Assembly: GCA_963817745.1 (NCBI GenBank)
Contig: CAWFPC010000006.1
Coordinates: 261,286-325,285, forward strand
Source of the DNA: an uncultured Chloroflexia bacterium
GTDB lineage: Bacteria; Chloroflexota; Limnocylindria; Limnocylindrales; CSP1-4
DNA length: 64,000 bases
Reading direction: 5' to 3'
The notes beneath the pieces are model-generated. The model saw nothing but the letters and a program-made list of their open reading frames with translations, made no database searches and was not told where the DNA came from. The first letter of the stretch is position 1; every line of letters starts with the position of its first letter. Made by a program: the position numbers and the translations under genes. This document shows positions 1-10,024 of the stretch, piece by piece.

Positions 1-1198
1 GTCGGGCTCCAGGTCGAGCGAGATCCGCAGCGACGGCAGCTCGCTCGCCTCGCGCTCGACGATCCGCTCGAGCGAGCGGCGTGGTGCGATGGGCTCGGTG
101 TCGAGGATGAGCCGACCGCGCTCCACCCGACTGAGGATCAGCAGGTCCTCGACGAGCCGGTACAGGCGCTCCGATTCCGCGCGGATGTCGTCGAGCAGCG
201 CCGCTCGAGCGGCCTCGTCGTCCTGGCGACCCGGTCGGGTCATGATCTGCGTCAGCCCGAAGATCGAGGTGATCGGCGTCCGCAGCTCGTGGCTGATCAC
301 GTCGATGAAGGCCTCGCGGAACTCACCGGCCCGTCGCTCTTCCGCCAGCAGCTGATCGCGCTCCTCTTCGAGACGGCGCCGCTCGGTGATGTCCTGGCCC
401 GTGCCGATCATCCGCAGCGGCCGCCCGTCCGCATCGCTGAACAGCCGGCCGGCCCCATGGGTCCAGTGCACGGACCCGTCCGACGCCGACACGATCCGGA
501 AGTCCATCTCGAAGCTCCCGGCCCCGTCGACCGCGTCGGCGATCGTGTTCGCGAACCGATCGCGGTCGTCCGGATGGATCATCCCGAGGTAGGTCTCGAA
601 GTCGGGCTCGGGGACCGACGGGTCCAGCCCGTGCTGCTGGTAGATCGCATCCGACCACGTCAGCCGACCGGTCGCGACATCCCACTCCCAGAAACCCGTG
701 CCCGGATGCCGCCAGCATGATCTCGAGGCGCGCGTCGCGGGATTCGACCTGGTCGGCGAGGGTCGCGACCTCGTCCAGCGCATCGGCAAGGCGGTCGCGT
801 GCAGCCCGCCGCGTCGCGACCAGCACGACCGTGCCGCTCGCGATGACGAGATACAGGATCTGGCGGACCTGCTCGACGCGGGTGCTCTCGACCGCGCCGT
901 CGATCGGGTCGATGAAGACCACCGCGTTGAGGACGACGACCACGATCGTCGCGGTGATCCCGCCGATGAGGCCGCCGAACCAGGCGGCGAGGACGGCCGC
1001 CGCCATGAGCAGGATGTAGCCGGTCTCGCCACCGACGGCCTCGTTGAGGCCGGCCTTGAGCGCGATCGCGCCCCAGCCGATGAACAGGCCCGCGAGCACC
1101 GATTGCCCGACGCCGAACCGAACGTCGCGCGCGCGGGCGAGCTCCCCTTTGGCTCGTCCGGCTGCGCGTCCCGCGGTCCCGGGCGCTTCATCCGTCAC
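1..1198 (-). pseudogene. Sensor histidine kinase, N-terminal part (polytopic DUF4118-like module + PAS + HisKA). The 3' end runs off the left edge. One apparent frameshift.
   Basis: GTG at 1198 is preceded by GGAGGGG. Membrane segment GYILLMAAAVLAAWFGGLIGGITATIVVVVLNAVVF. After a frame change near the CCC run at 701-703 the minus strand reads GTGFWEWDVATGRLTWSD...RMIGTGQDITERRRLEEE (PAS), then the H-box ISHELRTPITSIFGL. Confidence 0.8.
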
Positions 1199-1420
1199 GC
1201 GCTCGCCCCTCCGTGGCACCAGGTTTCCGTGACGGACGAAGTATGGACCACGTTCGCTGGGCGTGGTCGTCGCGGGCGTTTGAATGCCGCTGATACGGCA
1301 GACGCCGCTTGATGTGGCGTGCGCAGCCGATGGCGGCCCGTACGGTCCGCCGTACGACGTCGTCGACGTCGCGGAACCGGATCCGTCCGGACCGGAATGC
1401 ACACGATCAGGAGGCCCCCA

Positions 1421-1855
1421 GTGGACCACGAACGCGATACGTTGGAGCCGCACACCCATCCGCACGACGACGCGCTGATGGACAACTCGGGCACCGCGCC
1501 TGAGAACGAGGAGAGCGGCACCGAGGCCGTCGGCGCCGGCGCAGGCGCGCTCGGTGGCGCGGCTGTCGGCATGGCCGTCGGTGGACCCCCCGGCGCGGTC
1601 GTCGGTGGCGCGATCGGCGCGGTCGGCGGCGCGGTCGCCGGTGAGGCGGCCGAAGGCGATGACGAGGCCGGGTCGGGCACCGGAGCCCTCGGTGGCGCGG
1701 CCGCGGGCGCGCTCGTCGGTGGCGCGGTCGCCGGACCTCCGGGCGCCGTCGTCGGTGGTGCCGTCGGTGCGGCGGGTGGCGCCGGTGCCGGCGACCAGAC
1801 CGAGGAGGAGGCCGAGGAGGGCGCTCCGGAGCGTCCCGCCGAACGACCCTACTAG
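1421..1855 (+). CDS. Glycine-zipper-like small protein with an internal duplication
   Basis: GTG at 1421 lies 3 nt after caGGAGG (1409-1415). There are two ~45-aa Gly/Ala repeats (GALGGAA.G..VGG...GPPGAVVGGA.GA.GGA.AG), each followed by an acidic stretch. An in-frame ATG at 1397 is an alternative start. Confidence 0.7.
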   Translation: MDHERDTLEPHTHPHDDALMDNSGTAPENEESGTEAVGAGAGALGGAAVGMAVGGPPGAVVGGAIGAVGGAVAGEAAEGDDEAGSGTGALGGAAAGALVGGAVAGPPGAVVGGAVGAAGGAGAGDQTEEEAEEGAPERPAERPY

Positions 1856-1949
1856 CCCACCATTCGCCGGTTTCGGCCGGCGGTGCGACACTGGCCGCGA
1901 GTCCCGATCCGTCGGGCCTCGCGGCCGCTCCATTCCCGAGGTAGCACGC

Positions 1950-3124
1950 ATGACCCGTCCGCTCCGCATCGCCCAGGTCGCTCCACCCTTCGAGCCCGTG
2001 CCGCCGCGCGCCTATGGCGGGACCGAGCGGATCGTGCACGAGCTGGTGGTCGAGCTGGACCGGCGCGGTCATGAGGTCACCACCTTCGCGAGCGGCGACT
2101 CGGCGGTGCCGGGTCGCCACATCGTCACGGTCGACGCGGCGCTCCGCCCGGCCGGGTACACCGGCGACTCGTTGCCATACATGCTGACCACGGTCGACGA
2201 GGTCATGAACCGAGCGGCACGAGTTCGACCTCATCCACACCCACCTCGAGTGGATGAGCCTGCTTGCTCGCCCGTGTCAGCCCGGTGCCGGTCGTGACGA
2301 CCTTCCACGGCCGTCTCGACCTGCCGTGGGCCGACGCTCTGCTGCGCGACGCGCCGCGGGGGCTGGTCGCGATCAGCCGCAACCAGGCGGCGACCCATCC
2401 CGACGTGCCGTGGACGGCGGTCGTCCACAACGGGCTCACGCTGCATGACGCCCCCTTCGAGCGGCGACGCGGCGAGCACCTGTGTTTCGTCGGTCGCGTT
2501 GCCCCGGAGAAGGGGATCGTGGAGGCGATCGAGATCGCGCAGGCGGCCGGCCGCCCGCTCAAGATCGCCGCAAAGGTCGCTCCCGGCGGCGTCGAGCGGG
2601 CATACCACGACGAGGTCTTCCAGCCGGCGCTCAAGGCGGCGGGCTCGCTCGTCGAGTTCCTCGGCGAGCTGCCGGGCACCGAGCGCGACCAGCTCTTCGC
2701 CGAGAGCTACGCCTCGCTCATGCCTGGGTCATGGCCCGAGCCGTTCGGCCTGGTCGCGATCGAGGCGCTGGCCTGCGGCACGCCGATCATCGCCCGGCGC
2801 ATCGGTGCGTTGCCCGAGATCATCCGCGACGGCGTCGACGGCTTCTTCGGCGACGACGTGGCCGCGATGGCCTTCAAGGTGGATCGGGTCGACGACCTCG
2901 ATCGTGCGGCCATCCGCGCGTCCGTCCTGGAGCGCTTCTCGGCCACCCGGATGACCGACGCCTACGAGGCGGTCTACCGCGCGATCCTCGAGGGCGGCGA
3001 CGCCGTGGCCGCGCTGGGCGACCGTTCGGCTGCCGACGGTGACGGACTTGACTCCGGCGGCGCGACGGTGATCCCCGCCGACCGACTGGCGACGCGGCGC
3101 GAGGCGATCACCGGCCGACGCTGA
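1950..3124 (+). pseudogene. GT4-family (group 1) glycosyltransferase, two apparent +1 frameshifts
   Basis: N-terminus MTRPLRIAQVAPPFEPVPPRAYGGTERIVHELV. The frame changes 0->1->2 at ~2220 and ~2263 (EFDLIHTHLEWMS, then LLARVSPVPVVTTFHG). C-terminal E-x7-E region EPFGLVAIEALACGTPIIA. Confidence 0.85.
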
Positions 3125-3181
3125 GGTCGGGCGGCGCCCCAGGGAACGGTAGCCGCCGGTCGCCGCCACGGTCCGCGGAGG

Positions 3182-3364
3182 TCAGTGCAGCAGCTCCCGG
3201 CGAACGAGTAGCACCGGCTGCAGCCCGGCCGGACTCAGCCACAGGAACTCGATGAGGCTGATGCGCTCGGACCGGCCGTGTCCGCTCGTCTCGGGCGCTG
3301 CGATCTCAGAAGCACGCCGTCGCCCCCGCCGTATCCGACGTGGGAGCGGCGTGCCCGCGATCAT
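3182..3364 (-). CDS. Hypothetical Arg-rich small ORF
   Basis: Its only support is an ATGA stop/start overlap with the upstream small ORF at 3361-3364. The composition is not convincing. Confidence 0.15.
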   Translation of the reverse strand: MIAGTPLPRRIRRGRRRASEIAAPETSGHGRSERISLIEFLWLSPAGLQPVLLVRRELLH

Positions 3365-3561
3365 CGCTGCGTCGTCGGATTCTCGATGTCTGCTGCGTCT
3401 GGCGCGTCGGCGCCCTCACGCAGCCATGGATCGGCCTTCTTCCGGGTGCCGTCATCCACCTGCTCGGTTGCGTCCGGGGTCGCCATGCCGCGTTCGCGGG
3501 CTGCGTCACGCTCGGCGTCGTCATCCGCGCCGGTCGGTGGTCGTTGTCGTTCGTCGGTCAT
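3361..3561 (-). CDS. Hypothetical small acidic protein
   Basis: ATG at 3561 lies 7 nt after GAGGA. Reads MTDERQRPPTGADDDAERDAARERG... Third-position GC is lower than in neighbouring genes. Confidence 0.3.
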   Translation of the reverse strand: MTDERQRPPTGADDDAERDAARERGMATPDATEQVDDGTRKKADPWLREGADAPDAADIENPTTQR

Positions 3562-3705
3562 CGGTTCGGTCCTCGTGAGCCTGAACGCCCCCTTCGTACG
3601 GTGCCATCCCGCCGCGAACGTCGCGACGAAACGCGGCCGTCCATCCGTTGCAGACACGTTCCAGCGCGCCGGGAGACCAAGGACCAGCTAGGCCCGGCCG
3701 AGCCA

Positions 3706-4899
3706 TCAGGCACGGGTCATGCTCCGTCGCAGCACGAACCACGCCGCCGTGAGCGTGACGGCCGCGATCGCGCCGAGCGCGAGCCATTCCCAGGCGTCGT
3801 TCGTCGACCCGCGCAGCATCAGGTCCTGGAGCAGCCGGATCCCATGCGTCACGGGCAACACGAACGCGAGTGAGCGGACCGGTTCGGTGAACTCGTCGAT
3901 CGCGAGGACGAAACCGCTGAAGAACACCGATGCCAGCAGCACCAGAAGTGACAGCTGGACGGCCTGGCGCTCCGAGTCGGAGACGACGGCGAGGAACAGG
4001 CCGACGCCAAGCGACGCCAGCAGCAGCAGCCCGATCGTGAGCGCCACGAGGCCGACGTCGGCGAGGAATGGGACGCCGAAGCCGACCACGAGCAGCACCA
4101 CGCTGATGGCCGCGATCCCGGCGCCGAGGAGCCCGAAGGCGAGCACCTTGCCGACGAGCACTTCCGTCGTGCTCACGGGCGCGATCCGGAACAGCTCGAT
4201 GAGCCCGCTGCTCCGCTCGCGGACGAGCGACAGGGCGACGAGGGTGACCGCCAGGTGCTGGAGGATCAGCGCGAGCACCGCCGGGCCGAAGAACGCGATG
4301 ACCCCCGGCTGCGACGGGGCGATGTTGCTGAGCTCCGAGCGTGTCGGGGCGGCGATCACCTCCGGCGGGATCGTCACGGCCTCGGCGCCGCCCGCGGCCA
4401 CGGCGTACCCCTCCGATTCGGCTGCCGCGCGCTCGATGATCTCGCGGTTCACGCCGAGGGCGAGGTCCGACGCCAGGAAGCCCGCGTAGTTCTCCTCCAC
4501 GGGGTCGACGGCATCGATGAGCACCTCGATGACCGATTGCTCACCGGCCTCGAACGTCGTCTGGGGATCCTCTGGCGCGACGATGACGACGTCCGCGGTC
4601 CCGTTCGCCAGCTTCGCCTCGGCACTCGCTCGGTCGGGGGTCACCTCGACGACCTCGAGCCCGGCCCCGGCGAGCTCCTGATAGGTGGCGGCGTCGGCCG
4701 ACAGGCCGCTCGACGGGGGGATGACGATGATCGTCGCCAGCGGTTGCTTCACCCCGCTGTACCCGAGACCGAAGATCGCCATGATCAGGAACGGCCCGAG
4801 GATGAGGCTGACGATCGCCCCGGGTCGGCGGATCGTCTCGGTGAGCTCCTTGCCGACGAACGCCAGCAGCCGGATGAAGACCGCGATCAGGGCATGCAT
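3706..4899 (-). CDS. ABC-2 type exporter permease
   Basis: Intact 397-aa ORF. It has an N-terminal TM helix, a large external loop, then a cluster of 5 TM helices (FFGPAVLALILQHLAV...), which is typical of ABC-2 permeases. Its start overlaps the stop of the upstream ATPase (TGATG). Confidence 0.9.
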   Translation of the reverse strand: MHALIAVFIRLLAFVGKELTETIRRPGAIVSLILGPFLIMAIFGLGYSGVKQPLATIIVIPPSSGLSADAATYQELAGAGLEVVEVTPDRASAEAKLANGTADVVIVAPEDPQTTFEAGEQSVIEVLIDAVDPVEENYAGFLASDLALGVNREIIERAAAESEGYAVAAGGAEAVTIPPEVIAAPTRSELSNIAPSQPGVIAFFGPAVLALILQHLAVTLVALSLVRERSSGLIELFRIAPVSTTEVLVGKVLAFGLLGAGIAAISVVLLVVGFGVPFLADVGLVALTIGLLLLASLGVGLFLAVVSDSERQAVQLSLLVLLASVFFSGFVLAIDEFTEPVRSLAFVLPVTHGIRLLQDLMLRGSTNDAWEWLALGAIAAVTLTAAWFVLRRSMTRA

Positions 4900-6033
4900 C
4901 AGGCGGGTCTTTCGTCGTCGGTCGAGGCCGGAGGAGCCTGGTCCGGATCGCCATCCGGCGGGGCGCCGGTCTCCCGCTCGTCGCGGGCGTCGCGGGCGTC
5001 GGCGGCGTGCCGCCGGCGCTGTCGCTGTCTGAAGCTGCCGAAGCCTCGCCCTGCTTCGCGCGATCCCGTTCCACCAGCGCGGCGAACACCTCGTCGAACG
5101 ACGGGCGATGCTCGCTGGCGGCCGCCACGTCGCCCCCCGCCCCGTTCACGGCCTCCACCACGTCGGGCAGCCGTGCCGCCGCGTCGTCGACGGTCACGAG
5201 CATCGTGCGTGGGCCCTCCTGGGTGACGCCGAACACGAACGGCAGGCTCACGATCGGTCCGGTATCGAACAGGCCGGCGGTCTCGATCCGGACGACATCG
5301 CCACCTTGGGCCTCGCGCCGCAGCTCGTCGGGTGGTGCGAGCGCGATGAGGCGGCCGTTCGCGATGAGCGCGACCGTGTCGCAGGCCTCGGCCTCGCCGA
5401 CGTACTGCGTGGTCACCAGCAGCGTCCGCCCGGCATCGCGCAGGCGGTGCAGCTCCTCCCAGATGGTGGCGCGCAGGATCGGATCGATCCCCGCCGTGGG
5501 CTCGTCGAGGAACAGCAGTGCCGGCTCGTGGACGAGCGCGCAGGCAAGCTCGAGCCGTCGCTGCATCCCGCCCGACAGGGACCCGGCCTGGCGGCCGCGG
5601 ACATCCCACAGCTCCACGAGCTCGAGCGTCTCGCGTGTCCGCCGGTGGCGGCCGCTCCACAGCATGCCGAACAGTGAGGCGACGAAGTCGACGTTCTCGC
5701 GGGCCGTCAGGTCGGGATACAGCGTGAACTGCTGCGGCATGTAGCCGATGCGTTCGCGCGTCTGCCGCCGGAAGTGGCGCGGTTCCTCGCCGAGGACCGT
5801 GACGGTGCCCTCGGTCGGGGTGAGGGCGCCGGTCAGCATCCGGACGGTCGTGGTCTTGCCGGCTCCCGATGGGCCGATGATGCCGAGGATCGTCCCGGCA
5901 TGGACCGTCAGGCTGATGTGGTCGACCGCCGTCTCGTCGTCGAACCGTTTCGAGACATCGTCGAGCACGACGACCGGTGGGGTCGTCGGTACGGTGGTCG
6001 TGCCGGGTGCGACAACGACGGGCTGAGCGTCCA
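4899..6033 (-). CDS. ABC transporter ATP-binding protein (ABC-2 partner). The low-complexity C-terminal tail needs one frame change.
   Basis: ATG at 6033 follows GAGGAGAC. Walker A GPSGAGKTT, signature LSGGMQRR, Walker B LLFLDEPT. The in-frame ORF runs on to 4541 across the permease gene. Switching frame at the CCC run near 4973 gives ...ETGAPPDGDPDQAPPASTDDERPA with a stop at 4899-4901 coupled to the permease ATG. Confidence 0.88.
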
Positions 6034-6258
6034 TCGACTGGGGGTCTCCTCGAGCGTCTCGTGGCCGAGTATCCGGGCGACGGCCTATCGTCCCGCCAGC
6101 GCCGGGGGCCGCGGCCCTTGCAGCGTCATGCCGAACCCGCGCGTCCGCCGAGGCCATCGACCGCGAACGCCCGGCCGCGAACACGCGACACACAGTCTGC
6201 AAGGCGCCTGTGACGTCACCGACGACCGCGTGCGATTGCGGTCGCGACCGGGCTGCCG

Positions 6259-6264
6259 CATCGT
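6259..6264 (+). promoter_or_regulatory. Possible -10 element (CATCGT) 6 nt upstream of the topoisomerase GTG
   Basis: CATCGT-caccgc-GTG. This is the weakest member of the recurrent hexamer-N6-start pattern. Confidence 0.25.
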
Positions 6265-6270
6265 CACCGC

Positions 6271-7362
6271 GTGCCACGACGACGCTCGACCGAACCCGCA
6301 CCCGAGCCGGCCCAGGTCGCCCGGGATGCCGGGCTGCGCTACGCCAGCGATGATCGCCCCGGACTGACTCGCCGGCGGCAGGGTCGCGGGTTCAGCTATC
6401 GCGATGCCACTGGCGCGGCGGTCCGCGATGCCGACGTCCTCGCCCGGATCCGAAGACTGGCCATCCCGCCAGCCTGGACCGACGTGTGGATCTGCCCATG
6501 GCCGAACGGCCACCTGCAGGCGACGGGACGGGACGCCCGCGGTCGGAAGCAGTACCGCTACCACGAGCGCTGGCGAACGAGGCGCGAGACGGACAAGTTC
6601 GACCGGATGCTCGCCTTCAGCGAGGTCCTGCCGCGCATCCGGCGGCGCTGCGATCGCGATCTCGCGCGACGTGGTCTGCCCCGCGAGAAGGTCCTCGCGG
6701 CAGTCGTCCGCCTGCTCGAGCTGACGCTCATCCGGGTCGGCAACGACGAGTACGCCAGGCTCAACCGATCGTTCGGGCTCACGACGATGCGCGGCCGGCA
6801 CGCCAACGTCCGCGGCGAGACGGTCAGGTTCCGCTTCCGCGGGAAGTCGGGGCGCCAGCACGAGGTCGGCCTGCGCGATCGCCGGCTCGCCACCGTGGTC
6901 CGCCGCTGCCAGGACCTGCCGGGTCAGGAGCTGTTCACCTACATCGATGCCGACGGCGAGCCGCGCGACGTGGCGTCCGACGACATCAACGCATACCTCC
7001 GCGAGGCCTCGGGCGGCGACTACACGGCGAAGGATTTCCGGACGTGGGCCGGCACCGTGCTTGCGTATCGGGCGCTCCGCGCCCTCCAGCCCGGGGACGG
7101 GGAGCGGGGTTCACGATCCGCGGTCGTCGAGGCGATCCGCCAGACTGCCGGGCACCTCGGCAACACGCCGGCCGTCGCGCGCCGGAGCTACGTGCATCCG
7201 GCGGTGCTCGATGCCTACCTCGCGGGTTCCATCCCGGGTGCGCTCGTGGAGGCAGCCGAGGAGCAGGCGTCGCCACCGAGCGAGGCGACACCGGCCGAGG
7301 AAGCGGCGGTGCGGGACATCCTCCGCCAGCAGATCGAGAACGACGCGCGCCGTCGGGGCTGA
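6271..7362 (+). CDS. DNA topoisomerase IB (bacterial, poxvirus-like type)
   Basis: Intact 363-aa ORF with RKQYRYHERW, FRFRGKSG, AKDFRTWAGT and the catalytic-Tyr context NTPAVARRSYVHP. Confidence 0.9.
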   Translation: MPRRRSTEPAPEPAQVARDAGLRYASDDRPGLTRRRQGRGFSYRDATGAAVRDADVLARIRRLAIPPAWTDVWICPWPNGHLQATGRDARGRKQYRYHERWRTRRETDKFDRMLAFSEVLPRIRRRCDRDLARRGLPREKVLAAVVRLLELTLIRVGNDEYARLNRSFGLTTMRGRHANVRGETVRFRFRGKSGRQHEVGLRDRRLATVVRRCQDLPGQELFTYIDADGEPRDVASDDINAYLREASGGDYTAKDFRTWAGTVLAYRALRALQPGDGERGSRSAVVEAIRQTAGHLGNTPAVARRSYVHPAVLDAYLAGSIPGALVEAAEEQASPPSEATPAEEAAVRDILRQQIENDARRRG

Positions 7363-7428
7363 CAGGTGGCGCGGACCGGGCGAGGCGACACCGGTGCGCG
7401 CCCGGGAGGTGCGCGTTTCCCGCGCGTG

Positions 7429-8158
7429 TCAGGCGGAGAGCTCGTACCCCGGCAGGTCGAACCCGATCTCGACCGCGTCCTCGCGGCTGCGGGCCCAGAC
7501 GTCGCCGCCCATCGCCTCGATGAGCTGCGCGGCGGCGAACATGCCGAGCCCCGGGCTCGTCAGGCCCAGGACGCGGGTCGCTCGCGGGCAGCGCGAACAG
7601 GCCACCCAGGTCGTCCGCAGCCAGTGTCCCGGTGCGATCGAGCAGGCGACAGGCGACACGGCCGTTGCCGCCGGACACGACGATGTCGAGCTCCGACGGT
7701 CCGGTCGCGCGCCATCCGACATTCCCGACCAGGTTGCGCAACGCATGGGCCAGCGCGTTCGCGTCGGCCTCGGCGGGCGGCGTGACGCCCTCGTCGCGGA
7801 CCTCGACCTGGAGCCCGGGCCAGCGGCTGGATTCGAGCTGGGCCGCCGCCTCGACGGCGCGACCCAGGGACACAGGCTCGTGCGTGAGCGAACGCTCCAG
7901 CTCGCCGTGCTCGAGTCGGGTCAGGACCAGCAGGTCCTCGACCGCCCGGAACAGGCGCGCCGCCTCGGCGTGCACGTCGGCGGCGAGCTCGCGGCGCATG
8001 GTTGGCAGCAGGTCCTCGTCGAAGGCGAGCAGGGCGCTGCCGGCATAGATCGTCGTGATCGGGGTGCGCAGCTCATGCGCGAGCACGCCGAGCAGGGCTT
8101 CCCGCTCGGCCCCTCGTCGTGCGACCACGGACGCCTGTCCGACCGAAGGCCGTTCCAT
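7429..8158 (-). pseudogene. Minimal histidine kinase (HisKA + HATPase_c only), one apparent frameshift
   Basis: MERPSVGQ...LAHELRTPITTIYAG (H-box) and NLVGN (N-box). A frame change near the GGG run at 7575-7577 leads to GLTSPGLGMFAAAQLIEAMGGDVWARS and a stop at 7429. No sensor or TM region. Confidence 0.8.
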
Positions 8159-8250
8159 GGGGACAGGGTGGCCCATCGAAGGGGCGGCCCGTGTCGCGCG
8201 GACGGCGCGATGCCTTGCGAGGTTGTTGCGGGTGCGAGCGGCCGCGTGAC

Positions 8251-9462
8251 TCAGGCGTCGCCGTCGTCGAGCAGGAGGGGCAGTGTCACGCACACCGTCG
8301 TGCCGAGGCCGGGTCCGTCCGATCGCAGGTCGATCGTGCCGCCATGCGCGGCGACGATGCCCCGACAGGCGTACAGGCCAAGTCCCAGTCCGGGGATCCC
8401 CTGCACACGTGCCCGGTCCGCCCGGCCGAACCGCTCGAACACCGTCTCGAGCTCGTCGTCGCTCACCCCGATGCCGCGGTCCTGCACGAGGAGCCGGACA
8501 TGGCCGGGATCGGCGTCGCCCTCGATGCTGACATCGATCGGCGAACCGTCCGGCGTGTACTTCAGCGCGTTGCCGACGAGGTTGACCACGACCCGCCGCA
8601 GCAGGTCGTCGTCCCACAGGCCGATGAAGCGTTCGGTGGTCGACGCCTGGTACCGGATCCGGGCGCGGGCCTCCCGATCGAGCAGCGCGAGGGCCTCCTC
8701 GACGATCGTGTCCAGGCGGGCCGGCTCGGGATCCGTCACGAGCGCGCCCATGGCCACCCGCGATGCGTCACCAAGCGTGTCGAGCATGGCGTTGATCTCG
8801 GTGACCGCGACGACGGCGCCCTCGACCACCTCGGCGACTCGCTCGCGATCCGCGGCCGGGTCGGCGAGCCATCGCGCGGCGAGATCGAGCGAGCCGGTCA
8901 CGAGGGTGATGGGCTGGCGGACGTCGTGGAGCGTCGTCGCGAGGAAGCCCTCGCGCAGCTCCTCGATCCGCTCGGACAGCGCCGTCAGCCCGATCGCCGC
9001 GGCACCGTCGAGCGCGTCGTCGACGATGGCCTGTCCGGCCAGGATGTCCGAGGCCGGCGCGTCGTTGACCGATTCCACCAAGGCGCGGCTGATCTCGTGG
9101 CGGAGCAGGCGGAACTCGGTGACCACGGCGACCGGGCCCAGGCCCTGGCCGAAGCGCACGCGAGCGTGCGCGCTGGCGGCATCGACCACCCCCGGATCGT
9201 CCATGGGAGCCCGGACGCCATCCCAGCGGGATCGACGCAGGAGATCGACGATCGCGTCGAACAGGCTCGGGATGTCGTCGGTGACAGCGGCGTCCGGCTT
9301 GTCGTGGTGGAACGGCTGCGCCCGGGCCGCCTCGAGCCACCAGGACAGGATGTCGTCCCGCCTGCGACCCAGGATCCCAGCGACCGGCTGCAGGTCCGCG
9401 TCGGGTTCAACGACGTCCTCGATCCGTTGGTCGATATCGGAGGCAGGGCCCTCGTCGGGCAT
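8251..9462 (-). CDS. Cytoplasmic sensor histidine kinase with an RsbRD-N-like N-terminal domain
   Basis: ATG at 9462 follows GAGGGAAGGA. N-terminus ILSWWLEAARAQPFHHD, divergent H-box TLHDVRQPITLVTGS, N-box VVNLVGNALKYT, G-boxes DRGIGV and GLGLGLYACRGIV. Intact. Confidence 0.88.
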   Translation of the reverse strand: MPDEGPASDIDQRIEDVVEPDADLQPVAGILGRRRDDILSWWLEAARAQPFHHDKPDAAVTDDIPSLFDAIVDLLRRSRWDGVRAPMDDPGVVDAASAHARVRFGQGLGPVAVVTEFRLLRHEISRALVESVNDAPASDILAGQAIVDDALDGAAAIGLTALSERIEELREGFLATTLHDVRQPITLVTGSLDLAARWLADPAADRERVAEVVEGAVVAVTEINAMLDTLGDASRVAMGALVTDPEPARLDTIVEEALALLDREARARIRYQASTTERFIGLWDDDLLRRVVVNLVGNALKYTPDGSPIDVSIEGDADPGHVRLLVQDRGIGVSDDELETVFERFGRADRARVQGIPGLGLGLYACRGIVAAHGGTIDLRSDGPGLGTTVCVTLPLLLDDGDA

Positions 9463-9615
9463 CTGGCGTCCTTCCCTCAAGCCGATCGACCCTGACTGTG
9501 TCACTGGCCCCACGAGGATACCGCTCCGCACACACCCGTGGTGTCGTCGCGTCGGTTGGCCGGCGTCGATCGCGCGGGCCGGATCCGCAACGGCCGATCG
9601 CAGACGCCGGGCAGC

Positions 9616-9649
9616 GCAACGGTCCCGGCCAGGTGGCCGGGACCGTTGC
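9616..9649 (-). terminator. Intrinsic-terminator-like hairpin after the small stress-protein gene
   Basis: Perfect 15-bp stem GCAACGGTCCCGGCC / GGCCGGGACCGTTGC with a 4-nt loop, 15 nt beyond the stop at 9665. No clear U-tract. Confidence 0.65.
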
Positions 9650-9664
9650 TGTCTTGCGAGGTGA

Positions 9665-9868
9665 TCAGCGCGGCGGGTCGTTGCGCAGGTCGTCGTCGAC
9701 CTTGTCCGCTTCCTCGCGGACCTCGTCGCCGGCGTTGCCGAGCTCGCGACGGATGTCGTCACCGGCGTTGCCGACCTTGTCGGCGAGGTCTTCCTCACCA
9801 TCGGCCTTGCGCCAGGTTTCCTTGGCCTTCTCCTCGCCTTCGCGATACCCCTGCTTGATGTCGTCCAC
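9665..9868 (-). CDS. Small hydrophilic stress-type protein (CsbD/LEA-like composition)
   Basis: GTG at 9868 lies 7 nt after GGAGG. Reads DDIKQGYREGEEKAKETWRKADGEEDLADKVGNAGDDIRRELGNAGDEVREEADKV, with a repeated GNAGD-x-[IV]R-x-E unit. Confidence 0.55.
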   Translation of the reverse strand: MDDIKQGYREGEEKAKETWRKADGEEDLADKVGNAGDDIRRELGNAGDEVREEADKVDDDLRNDPPR

Positions 9869-9983
9869 GATGGTGCCTCCGATCAGGTGGGTCGCGCCGG
9901 AACGGCGCTCCTGCACCGACCGTAGGGGAGGGCACGTATCAGCCCGCGCGTCGCGAGGCGTCGCGGAGTATCGCGTGCGTTGC

Positions 9984-10012
9984 AGGACCGGGACCGGGTC
10001 CCGGCCGGTCCT
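9984..10012 (-). terminator. GC-rich hairpin after the membrane-protein gene
   Basis: AGGACCGG ... CCGGTCCT arms with internal CCGGG/CCCGG pairing, 12 nt beyond the stop at 10025. Confidence 0.45.
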
Positions 10013-10024
10013 CGGCGTGGCGGG

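Noticed and set aside
4541-6301. 586-aa ORF implying an ABC ATPase with long N- and C-terminal extensions overlapping the permease gene.
   Set aside because: The N-terminal 89 aa have no RBS or coding character, whereas the ATG at 6033 has GAGGAGAC upstream. The C-terminal 120 aa are antisense or out-of-frame to the permease. A coupled stop is available after one frame change.
6271-7362. TopIB as evidence of a viral or plasmid insertion.
   Set aside because: The flanking genes are ordinary chromosomal genes with the same composition, and no other viral hallmark is present.
6947-9664. Very long ORFs on the opposite strand or in alternate frames of recognised genes. Examples: 6947-9664 (+, 905 aa), 43505-45157 (-), 46299-47846 (-), 47926-50202 (-), 54055-56238 (-).
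   Set aside because: Their translations are Arg/Pro/Ala/Gly-rich with no motifs, and they fully overlap genes with clear family signatures. These are typical stop-poor shadow ORFs of very GC-rich DNA.
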